From Macrostomum lignano (Eukaryota), in the NCBI GenBank assembly GCA_002269645.1, contig NIVC01000495.1, positions 62,001 through 126,000 on the forward strand: a stretch of 64,000 bases of DNA, in the 5' to 3' direction. The translations under genes and the position numbers were made by a program. Below are positions 21,689-33,600 of the stretch, piece after piece (the first letter of the stretch is position 1; each line of letters starts with the position of its first letter). Below the pieces are notes generated by a model, which was not told the DNA's origin, ran no database searches, and worked only from the letters and a program-made list of their open reading frames with translations.

Positions 21689-24600
21689 CCGAGCTCAGCC
21701 CGAACCAGTCCAGCCCGCGGATTTGTCCCGCCTTCTTTGACGGCATCCGCTGCTGGCGGGCCGCCGCCAACGGCTCCACTGTCCGGCTGCCCTGCTACGA
21801 AGGTGAGGACTGCATGGCGTGCGGCGCGGGGATCTTGGGTCTGTGCTAGACTGGTACATGCACACAGATGATAGAGTTACTCCGCTCGGCATGACCGCTT
21901 AACTCCCCCTCACAAGGGCGACCTTGGGGGTTATCGCAACTCTATGTATTCATTTGTGTACTAACCACTCTGAATCTGCTTAACTTGCATTCTGTAATGA
22001 TGGCTACCCTACAATGAGAGGAGATAAGGTAAACAAAAGGTAATTAATAAACAAAGAAATTAAGAAAAACTATCAGGTGTCTTTGCCTAATTATTTACTC
22101 AAACTCATTCCCTGGGAGCGAATTTTTATCCACCATATTTTATTGAGCTCTCGTTTTTATCGAATTATTCTAAGTTCATTATTAACGCGACTCACGACTC
22201 ACCTTTGACATCACCACGCCTTTGACATCACCACGCATCAAAGCATCTCACCGAAGACTCTGTTCTAAGAACCGTCGCATAAATTAATAAAACTCTTTCT
22301 CAGTAAAGACAACAAGCGTCATTTTCAGGCATTACAAAATTTAATAAGCATCTGAACACGCTTTCCCGCTCACGTGCCTCTCTCCAAACATGAGAAGATG
22401 TTTTTGTTGTTGGAAGTCCCAAATTTCCAGTTTCGAACCACGCGCAAAAGTGCAAAATCGGCAAAAATCCTCATGCAAAGCGTCGAATTCGCTATCTGGC
22501 ACAATAAATGAGACACTGGCCCGCTCTCAGCTCGGGGGGGGGGGATTCACTCGATCCGCAAGTCCGACTTCCCCCGCTGCCGCCGGATTTTAACTGGAAA
22601 TTTATAGCTGTATTTTGATTTCTAGATTTTGCTTTTTCTATCTAGAATTCGACTATAACAAGGGAGGGGCGCAGCAGTCCAAGTGAATGCCAAAGTAATT
22701 TACCTGCCGTTTGCTAATCATTTACCTGCCGTTTGCCAGTCATTTACCTGCCGTTTGCTAGTCATTTACCTGCCGTTTGCCAGTAATTTACCTGCCGTTT
22801 GCCAGTAATTTACCTGCCGTTTGCTAGTCATTTACCTGCCGTTTGCCAGTAATTTACCTGCCGTTTGCCAGTAATTTACCTGCCGTTTGCCAGTCATTTA
22901 CCTGCCGTTTGCCAGTCATTTACCTGCCGTTTGCCAGTAATTTACCTGCCGTTTGCCAGTCATTTACCTGCCGTTTGCTAGTCATTTACCTGCCGTTTGC
23001 TAGTCATTTACCTGCCGTTTGCTAGTCATTTACCTGCCGTTTGCCAGTCATTTACCAGGCATTTGCCAGTAATGTACCAGCCATTTACCAGACATTAACC
23101 AGCCATTTACCAGACATTAGCCAGTCATTTACCAGCGATTTGCCAGTCATTTACCATTCATTTATTTGTTAATCCGCCCATCCCGACGGACTCATCCACA
23201 GGCGCCGACACATTCGCCTTTCGGGTCTGCCACAGTTCGGGGCGCTGGCTGGGCCCGGACGGGCGGCCGGCGGCCAGCGCCGAGAACTCTTACTCCAACT
23301 ACTCGGCCTGCATCACGCAGTTCTCGGCGGCCTTCGTCAAGAATAAATCCGTCAGGGAGATCTTTGTGAGGCCGATAAGCTGCGCCGCTGACTTGGAATA
23401 GAAGCATTGGTTCTTGTGTGACTGACAGCTGTAGCTTTGATGTGATTGACAGCTGTAGCTCTGGTGTGATTGACAGCTGTAGCTTTGAAGTGATTGACAG
23501 CTGTAGCTTTGATGTGATTGACAGCTGTAGCTTTGATGTGATTGACAGCTGTAGCTTTGATGTGATTGACAGCTGTAGCTTTGGTGTGATTGACAGCTGT
23601 AGCTTTGGTGTGATTGACAGCTATAGCTTTGATATGATTGACAACTGTAGCTTTGAAGTGATTGACAGCTGTAGCTTTGATGTGATTGACAGCTGTAGCT
23701 CTGGTGTGATTGACAGCTGTAGCTTTGATGTGATTGACAGCTATAGCTTTGGTGTGATTGACAGCTGTAGCTTTGATGTGATTGACAGCTGTAGCTCTGA
23801 AGTGATTGACAGCTGTAGCTTTGGTGTGATTGACAGCTGTAGCTTTGATGTGATTGACAGCTGTAGCTTTGATGTGATTGACAGCTGTAGCTTTGATGTG
23901 ATTGACAGCTGTAGCTTTGAAGTGATTGACAGCTGTAGCTCTGGTGTGATTGACAGCTGTAGCTTTGATGTGATTGACAGCTGTAGCATTGTGTGATTGA
24001 CAGCTGTAGCTCTGAAGTGATTGACAGCTGTAGCTTTGGTGTGATTGACAGCTGTAGCTTTGAAGTGATTGACAGCTGTAGCTTTGTGTGATTGACAGCT
24101 GTAGCTTTGATGTGATTGACAGCTGTAGCTTTGAAGTGATTGACAGCTGTAGCTCTGGTGTGATTGACAGCTGTAGCTTTGATGTGATTGACAGCTGTAG
24201 CATTGTGTGATTGACAGCTGTAGCTTTGAAGTGATTGACAGCTGTAGCTCTGGTGTGATTGACAGCTGTAGCTCTGGTGTGATTGACAGCTGTAGCTTTG
24301 ATGTGATTGACAGCTGTAGCTTTGGTGTGATTGACAGCTATAGCTTTGGTGTGATTGACAGCTGTAGCTTTGGTGTGATTGACAGCTGTAGCATTGTGTG
24401 ATTGACAGCTGTAGCTCTGAAGTGATTGACAGCTGTAGCTTTGGTGTGATTGACAGCTATAGCTTTGGTGTGATTGACAGCTGTAGCTTTGGTGTGATTG
24501 ACAGCTGTAGCTTTGTGTGATTGACAGCTGTAGCTTTGATGTGATTGACAGCTGTAGCTTTGATGTGATTGACAGCTGTAGCTTTGATGTGATTGACAGC

Positions 24601-27600
24601 TGTAGCTTTGATGTGATTGACAGCTCTACGCATAGGTTTTGATAAAAGTAAAATAGGAAAGATAAACCGTCTCGCGGTCCGCCTCCGCAGTTGATTGACA
24701 TGGCCGTTCGAGTCAACGAAGTCGTGGAAATTGTCGGCGATATTCTCTCCTGCGTGTTTCTCGCCAGCGCAATTCTCATCTTCTTCCGCTGCAGGTGAGC
24801 TAATTAACTCGAGGAATTAATCACGGTAATTATCGGGGTGAAAGTTCGTGTCAATCATTGCGAATGGGTCGGAGCAATCATCAGAAATTGAGCAATCAGT
24901 ATTCCACTTCCATCTCTGCCTCTCGTTTGCAATTTGTCCTTTGGTTGTCATGTCGTGTCGTGTCGCTATCCACCTGACTGCGTACTTGTCGAACTTGCAG
25001 TCCATCAGTGGGTAGGCAATGAATGGCTGAACCAGGCAGTGCGAGCTCTCAGGGTTTATGGACAGGCTGTGTACTCTGGGTAAGAAGCCAGGTATGTACA
25101 TCAGGGAAGGAGTCTTAGAAAGGCTGTGTACTCTGCTTAATAAGCCAGGTATGTACATCAGGGAAGGAGTCTTAGAAAGGCTGTGTACTCTGGGTAATAA
25201 GCCGGGTATGTACATCAGGGAAGGAGTCTTAGGAAGGCTGTGTACGCTGAGGAAGAAGCCGGGTATGTACATCAGGGAAGGAGTCTTAGGAAGGCTGTGT
25301 ACTCTGCGTAATAAGCCAGGTATGTACATCAGAGAAGGAGTCTTAGGAAGGCTGTGTACTCTGAGGAAGAAGCCGGGTATGTACATCAGGGAAGGAGTCT
25401 TAGGAAGGCTGTGTACTCTGAGGAAGAAGCCGGGTATGTACATCAGGGAAGGAGTCTTAGGAAGGCTGTGTACTCTGAGGAAGAAGCCGGGTATGTACAT
25501 CAGGGAAGGAGTCTTAGGAGGGCTGTGTACTCTGAGGAAGAAGCCGGGTATGTACATCAGGGAAGGAGTCTTAGGAAGGCTGTGTACTCTGAGGAAGAAG
25601 CCGGGTATGTACATCAGGGAAGGAGTCTTAGGAGGGCTGTGTACTCTGAGGAAGAAGCCGGGTATGTACATCAGAGAAGGAGTCTTAGGAAGGCTGTGTA
25701 CTCTGAGGAAGAAGCCGGGTATGTACATCAGGGAAGGAGTCTTAGGAAGGCTGTGTACTCTGAGGAAGAAGCCGGGTATGTACATCAGGGAAGGAGTCTT
25801 AGGAAGGCTGTGTACTCTGAGGAAGAAGCCGGGTATGTACATCAGGGAAGGAGTCTTAGGAAGGCTGTGTACGCTGAGGAAGAAGCCGGGTATGTACATC
25901 AGGGAAGGAGTCTTAGGAAGGCTGTGTACTCTGAGGAAGAAGCCGGGTATGTACATCAGGGAAGGAGTCTTAGGAAGGCTGTGTACTCTGAGGAAGAAGC
26001 CGGGTATGTACATCAGGGAAGGAGTCTTAGGAAGGCTGTGTACTCTGAGGAAGAAGCCGGGTATGTACATCAGGGAAGGAGTCTTAGGAAGGCTGTGTAC
26101 TCTGAGGAAGAAGCCGGGTATGTACATCAGGGAAGGAGTCTTAGGAAGGCTGTGTACATGTACGTTGGAGAAGCCGAGAATGTACACCAGGGAAGGAATC
26201 TATCCTTAATAAATGTTTCATGCCATATCAGAATCGGTGCAGGGAACTATTAAACTACCTTTGATTGCAGCTGCCTCCGGAACCAGCGCACCAAGATTCA
26301 CCGCAACCTATTTCTGGCAATGCTGGCTCAGACGCTGCTGCACTTGCTCCTGGCGAGTAGGGAGATCGTGCTGAGCAGGGCCACTGGCAGCCCGGCTGCT
26401 AGCGGCTTGAAGGCTCTGGTGAGAAGACTGTTCAACTGAACCGAAGTAGCATTCAGTAGTTGTTCAATGAAGAGTTCATTTGTTAGAAAGAGAATTTTTT
26501 ACGTTCTAGTAAGCTTAGAATTGTAATTGTAATATATTAGTAGCATAAGACATTCAAGTTTCAAGGAGTTTCAAGACACGAAATTCTGCCAGAAGGTCGG
26601 ATTTCTTTTCCATAAGCGCCAGTGTATTCAGTACAATCCTGTGCGCCAATCAGCACTGCGCCTCAGTGCAGCCTTGCCAAGCCTCCAAATTTCATCAGCA
26701 CGTCGATCACATGTGTCTGCATCAGCTATGACTTCGTTGGTAACTGGCCTTCACTCAGGCGGAGCTTCTGGACCTTCAACAGGTGGCACCAGGTGACTAT
26801 GGAAACCCTTTCCCCTTGGTAATTCGACGGGCAGAAAAAAGTAGTAAACTAATTAGTACGGAAAAGAGCAGAGCGATACACTGCCACGTGCTACTGCCAC
26901 ACTGCCAAATTCAGGGAATATGGGTAGTTAGTTTATTGATGCATTCAAACATAAACAAGTCAAACATTTTTTTACATTTTTGTCCTTCTTTGCTGAGTTA
27001 AAACTGTTTTAAAGAACACATTGGATGAGCCGTTCTGAGCCATTCTAAGCCACTCAAGCCTCTCCAAGCCTCTCCAAGCCTCTCTAAGCCTCTCTAAGCC
27101 ACTCCAAGCCTCTCTAAGCCTCTCTAAGCCACTCAAGCCTCTCCAAGCCTCTCTAAGCCACTCCAAGCCTCTCTAAGCCTCTTTAAGCCACTCAAGCCTC
27201 TCCAAGCCTCTCTAAGCCACTCTTAGCCTCTCTAAGCCACTCAAGCCTCTCTAAGCCTCTCCAAGCCTCTCTAAGCCTCTCTAAGCCACTCAAGCCTCTC
27301 TAAGCCACTCCAAGCCTCTCTAAGCCACTCAAGCCTCTCCAAGCCTCTCCAAGCCTCTCTAAGCCTCTCTAAGCCACTCCAAGCCTCTCTAAGCCTCTCT
27401 AAGCCTCTCTAAGCCACTCCAAGCCTCTCTAAGCCTCTCTAAGCCACTCCAAGCCTCTCTAAGCCTCTCTAAGCCACTCAAGCCTCTCCAAGCCTCTCTA
27501 AGCCACTCCAAGCCTCTCTAAGCCTCTCTAAGCCTCTCTAAGCCACTCCAAGCCTCTCTAAGCCTCTCTAAGCCTCTCTAAGCCACTCCAAGCCTCTCTA

Positions 27601-30600
27601 AGCCTCTCTAAGCCTCTCTAAGCCACTCCAAGCCTCTCTAAGCCTCTCTAAGCCACTCAAGCCTCTCTAAGCCTCTCTAAGCCACTCAAGCCTCTCCAAG
27701 CCTCTCTAAGCCACTCCAAGCCTCTCTAAGCCTCTTTAAGCCACTCAAGCCTCTCCAAGCCTCTCTAAGCCACTCTTAGCCTCTCTAAGCCACTCAAGCC
27801 TCTCTAAGCCTCTCCAAGCCTCTCTAAGCCTCTCTAAGCCACTCAAGCCTCTCTAAGCCACTCTAAGCCTCTTTAAGCCACTCAAGCCTCTCCAAGCCTC
27901 TCCAAGCCTCTCTAAGCCTCTCTAAGCCACTCCAAGCCTCTCTAAGCCTCTCTAAGCCTCTCTAAGCCACTCCAAGCCTCTCTAAGCCTCTCTAAGCCAC
28001 TCCAAGCCTCTCTAAGCCTCTCTAAGCCACTCAAGCCTCTCCAAGCCTCTCTAAGCCACTCCAAGCCTCTCTAAGCCTCTCTAAGCCTCTCTAAGCCACT
28101 CCAAGCCTCTCTAAGCCTCTCTAAGCCTCTCTAAGCCACTCCAAGCCTCTCTAAGCCTCTCTAAGCCTCTCTAAGCCACTCCAAGCCTCTCTAAGCCTCT
28201 CTAAGCCACTCAAGCCTCTCCAAGCCTCTCTAAGCCACTCCAAGCCTCTCTAAGCCTCTCTAAGCCTCTCTAAGCCTCTCTAAGCCTCTCTAAGCCACTC
28301 CAAGCCTCTCTAAGCCTCTCTAAGCCTCTCTAAGCCACTCCAAGCCTCTCTAAGCCTCTCTAAGCCTCTCTAAGCCACTCCAAGCCTCTCTAAGCCTCTC
28401 TAAGCCTCTCTAAGCCACTCCAAGCCTCTCTAAGCCTCTCTAAGCCACTCAAGCCTCTCCAAGCCTCTCTAAGCCACTCCAAGCCTCTCTAAGCCTCTTT
28501 AAGCCACTCAAGCCTCTCCAAGCCTCTCTAAGCCTCTCTTAGCCTCTCTAAGCCACTCAAGCCTCTCTAAGCCTCTCCAAGCCTCTCTAAGCCTCTCTAA
28601 GCCACTCAAGCCTCTCTAAGCCACTCCAAGCCTCTCTAAGCCACTCAAGCCTCTCCAAGCCTCTCCAAGCCTCTCTAAGCCTCTCTAAGCCACTCCAAGC
28701 CTCTCTAAGCCTCTCTAAGCCTCTCTAAGCCTCTCTAAGCCTCTCTAAGCCTCTCTAAGCCACTCCAAGCCTCTCTAAGCCTCTCTAAGCCACTCAAGCC
28801 TCTCCAAGCCTCTCTAAGCCACTCCAAGCCTCTCTAAGCCTCTCTAAGCCTCTCTAAGCCACTCCAAGCCTCTCTAAGCCTCTCTAAGCCTCTCTAAGCC
28901 ACTCCAAGCCTCTCTAAGCCTCTCTAAGCCTCTCTAAGCCACTCCAAGCCTCTCTAAGCCTCTCTAAGCCACTCAAGCCTCTCCAAGCCTCTCTAAGCCA
29001 CTCCAAGCCTCTCTAAGCCTCTCTAAGCCTCTCTAAGCCTCTCTAAGCCACTCCAAGCCTCTCTAAGCCTCTCTAAGCCACTCAAGCCTCTCCAAGCCTC
29101 TCTAAGCCACTCCAAGCCTCTCTAAGCCACTCTAAGCCTCTCCAAGCCTCTCCAAGCCTCTCTAAGCCTCTCTAAGCCACTCAAGCCTCTCCAAGCCTCT
29201 CTAAGCCCTCCAAGCCTCTCTAAGCCACTCTAAGCCTCTCTAAGCCTCTCCAAGCCTCTCAAGCCTCTCTAAGCCTCTCTAAGCCACTCCAAGCCTCTCT
29301 AAGCCTCTCTAAGCCACTCAAGCCTCTCCAAGCCTCTCTAAGCCACTCAAGCCTCTCCAAGCCTCTCTAAGCCACTCTTAGCCTCTCTAAGCCACTCAAG
29401 CCTCTCTAAGCCTCTCCAAGCCTCTCTAAGCCTCTCTAAGCCACTCAAGCCTCTCAAGCCACTCCAAGCCTCTCTAAGCCACTCAAGCCTCTCCAAGCCT
29501 CTCCAAGCCTCTCTAAGCCTCTCTAAGCCACTCCAAGCCTCTCTAAGCCTCTCTAAGCCTCTCTAAGCCACTCCAAGCCTCTCTAAGCCACTCAAGCCTC
29601 TCTAAGCCTCTCTAAGCCACTCCAAGCCTCTCTAAGCCTCTCTAAGCCTCTCTAAGCCACTCCAAGCCTCTCTAAGCCTCTCTAAGCCTCTCTAAGCCTC
29701 TCTAAGCCTCTCTAAGCCACTCCAAGCCTCTCTAAGCCTCTCTAAGCCTCTCTAAGCCACTCCAAGCCTCTCTAAGCCTCTCTAAGCCTCTCTAAGCCAC
29801 TCCAAGCCTCTCTAAGCCTCTCTAAGCCTCTCTAAGCCACTCCAAGCCTCTCTAAGCCTCTCTAAGCCTCTCAAGCCTCTCCAAGCCTCTCTAAGCCACT
29901 CCAAGCCTCTCCAAGCCTCTCTAAGCCTCTCTAAGCCACTCAAGCCTCTCCAAGCCTCTCTAAGCCTCTCTAAGCCTCTCTAAGCCACTCCAAGCCTCTC
30001 TAAGCCTCTCTAAGCCTCTCTAAGCCACTCCAAGCCTCTCTAAGCCTCTCTAAGCCTCTCTAAGCCACTCCAAGCCTCTCTAAGCCTCTCTAAGCCTCTC
30101 TAAGCCACTCCAAGCCTCTCTAAGCCTCTCTAAGCCTCTCTAAGCCACTCCAAGCCTCTCTAAGCCTCTCTAAGCCACTCAAGCCTCTCCAAGCCTCTCT
30201 AAGCTACTCTAAGCTACTCTAAGCTACTCTAAGCTACTCTAAGCTACTCTAAGCTACTCTAAGCTACTCTAAGCTACTCTAAGCTACTCTAAGCTACTCT
30301 AAGCTACTCTAAGCCTACTCTAAGCTACTCTAAGCCTCTCTAAGCCTCTCTAAGCACTCCTAAGCCTCTCTAAGCCTCTCTAAGCCTCTCTAAGCCACTC
30401 CAAGCCTCTCTAAGCCTCTCTAAGCCACTCCAAGCCTCTCTAAGCCTCTCTAAGCCACTCTCAAGCCTCTCTAAGCCTCTCTAAGCCACTCCAAGCCTCT
30501 CTAAGCCTCTCTAAGCCACTCAAGCCTCTCTAAGCCTCTCTAAGCCACTCCAAGCCTCTCTAAGCCTCTCTAAGCCACTCCAAGCCTCTCTAAGCCTCTC

Positions 30601-33600
30601 TAAGCCTCTCTAAGCCACTCCAAGCCTCTCTAAGCCTCTCTAAGCCTCTCTAAGCCACTCCAAGCCTCTCTAAGCCTCTCTAAGCCTCTCTAAGCCACTC
30701 CAAGCCTCTCTAAGCCTCTCTAAGCCTCTCTAAGCCTCTCTAAGCCTCTCTAAGCCTCTCTAAGCCTCTCTAAGCCTCCAAGCCTCTCTAAGCCTCTCTA
30801 AGCCTCTCTAAGCCACTCCAAGCCTCTCTAAGCCTCTCTAAGCCTCTCTAAGCCACTCCAAGCCTCTCTAAGCCTCTCTAAGCCTCTCTAAGCCACTCCA
30901 AGCCTCTCTAAGCCTCTCTAAGCCTCTCTAAGCCACTCCAAGCCTCTCTAAGCCTCTCTAAGCCTCTCTAAGCCTCTCTAAGCCTCTCTAAGCCTCTCCA
31001 AGCCTCTCTAAGCCTCTCTTAAGCCACTCAAGCCTCTCAAGCCTCTCTAAGCCTCTCAAGCCTCTCTAAGCCACTCAAGCCTCTCTAAGCCTCTCTAAGC
31101 CTCTCAAGCCTCTCTAAGCCACTCAAGCCTCTCAAGCCTCTCCAAGCCTCTCTAAGCCACTCAAGCCTCTCTAAGCCACTCCAAGCCTCTCTAAGCCTCT
31201 CAAGCCTCTCTAAGCCACTCAAGCCTCTCCAAGCCTCTCTAAGCCTCTCTAAGCCACTCAAGCCTCCAAGCCTCTCTAAGCCTCTCTAAGCCTCTCTAAG
31301 CCACTCCAAGCCTCTCTAAGCCTCTCTAAGCCTCTCTAAGCCACTCCAAGCCTCTCTAAGCCTCTCTAAGCCTCTCTAAGCCACTCCAAGCCTCTCTAAG
31401 CCTCTCTAAGCCTCTCTAAGCCACTCCAAGCCTCTCTAAGCCTCTCTAAGCCACTCAAGCCTCTCTAAGCCTCTCTAAGCCACTCTAAGCCTCTCTAAGC
31501 CTCTCTAAGCCTCTCTAAGCCTCTCTAAGCCACTCAAGCCTCTCTAAGCCTCTCTAAGCCACTCAAGCCTCTCAAGCCTCTCTAAGCCACTCCAAGCCTC
31601 TCTAAGCCACTCTAAGCCTCTCAAGCCTCTCCAAGCCTCTCTAAGCCTCTCTAAGCCTCTCTAAGCCTCTCCAAGCCTCTCTAAGCCCTCCAAGCCTCTC
31701 TAAGCCTCTCTAAGCCTCTCTAAGCCTCTCCAAGCCTCTCAAGCCTCTCTAAGCCTCTCTAAGCCACTCAAGCCTCCAAGCCTCTCTAAGCCACTCAAGC
31801 CTCTCCAAGCCTCTCTAAGCCACTCCAAGCCTCTCAAGCCTCTCTAAGCCTCTTAGCCTCTCTAAGCCACTCAAGCCTCTCTAAGCCTCTCTAAGCCACT
31901 CCAAGCCTCTCTAAGCCACTCAAGCCTCTCAAGCCTCTCCAAGCCTCTCTAAGCCTCTCTAAGCCTCTCCAAGCCTCTCCAAGCCTCTCTAAGCCTCTCT
32001 AAGCCACTCCAAGCCTCTCTAAGCACTCTCTAAGCCTCTCTAAGCCACTCCAAGCCTCTCTAAGTCTCTCTAAGCCTCTCTAAGCCACTCCAAGCCTCTC
32101 TAAGCCTCTCTAAGCCACTCAAGCCTCTCCAAGCCTCTCTAAGCCACTCCAAGCCTCTCTAAGCCTCTCTAAGCCTCTCTAAGCCACTCCAAGCCTCTCT
32201 AAGCCTCTCTAAGCCTCTCTAAGCCACTCCAAGCCTCTCTAAGCCTCTCTAAGCCTCTCTAAGCCACTCCAAGCCTCTCTAAGCCTCTCTAAGCCACTCA
32301 AGCCTCTCCAAGCCTCTCTAAGCCACTCCAAGCCTCTCCAAGCCTCTCTAAGCCTCTCTAAGCCACTCAAGCCTCTCCAAGCCTCTCTAAGCCACTCCAA
32401 GCCTCTCTAAGCCACTCCAAGCCTCTCTAAGCCTCTCTAAGCCTCTCTAAGCCACTCCAAGCCTCTCTGAGCCTCTCTAAGCCTCTCTAAGCCTCTCCAA
32501 GCCTCTCTAAGCCTCTCTAAACCTCTCTAAGCCACTCCAAGCCTCTCTAAGCCTCTCTAAGCCTCTCTAAGCCACTCCAAGCCTCTCTAAGCCTCTCTAA
32601 GCCACTCAAGCCTCTCCAAGCCTCTCTAAGCTACTCTAAGCTACTCTAAGCTACTCTAAGCTACTCTAAGCTACTCTAAGCTACTCTAAGCTACTCTAAG
32701 CTACTCTAAGCTACTCTAAGCTACTCTAAGCTACTCTAAGCTACTCTAAGCTACTCTAAGCCTCTCTAAGCCTCTCTAAGCCACTCCAAGCCTCTCTAAG
32801 CCTCTCTAAGCCTCTCTAAGCCACTCCAAGCCTCTCTAAGCCTCTCTAAGCCACTCAAGCCTCTCCAAGCCTCTCTAAGCCACTCCAAGCCTCTCTAAGC
32901 CTCTCTAAGCCTCTCTAAGCCTCTCTAAGCCTCTCTAAGCCACTCCAAGCCTCTCTAAGCCTCTCTAAGCCTCTCTAAGCCACTCCAAGCCTCTCTAAGC
33001 CTCTCTAAGCCTCTCTAAGCCACTCCAAGCCTCTCTAAGCCTCTCTAAGCCTCTCTAAGCCACTCCAAGCCTCTCTAAGCCTCTCTAAGCCTCTCTAAGC
33101 CACTCCAAGCCTCTCTAAGCCTCTCTAAGCCTCTCTAAGCCACTCCAAGCCTCTCTAAGCCTCTCTAAGCCTCTCTAAGCCACTCAAGCCTCTCCAAGCC
33201 TCTCTAAGCTACTCTAAGCTACTCTAAGCTACTCTAAGCTACTCTAAGCTACTCTAAGCTACTCTAAGCTACTCTAAGCTACTCTAAGCTACTCTAAGCT
33301 ACTCTAAGCTACTCTAAGCTACTCTAAGCTACTCTAAGCCTCTCTAAGCCTCTCTAAGCCTCTCTAAGCCTCTCTAAGCCACTCTAAGCCTCTCTAAGCC
33401 ACTCCAAGCCTCTATAGGCCATTCTAAGCCTCTCTAAGCCACTCTAAGCCTCTCTAAGCCACTCTAAGCCTCTCTAAGCCACTCTAAGCTATTCTAAGCT
33501 ACTCTAAGCTACTCTAAGCTACTCTAAGCTACTCTAAGCTACTCTAAGCTACTCTAAGCTACTCTAAGCTACTCTAAGCTACTCTAAGCTACTCTAAGCT

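Noticed and set aside
26622-26800. Possible cassette exon in the PDFR satellite intron
   Set aside because: The available splice sites do not preserve phase 0/0, and extracellular loop 1 is already complete without it.
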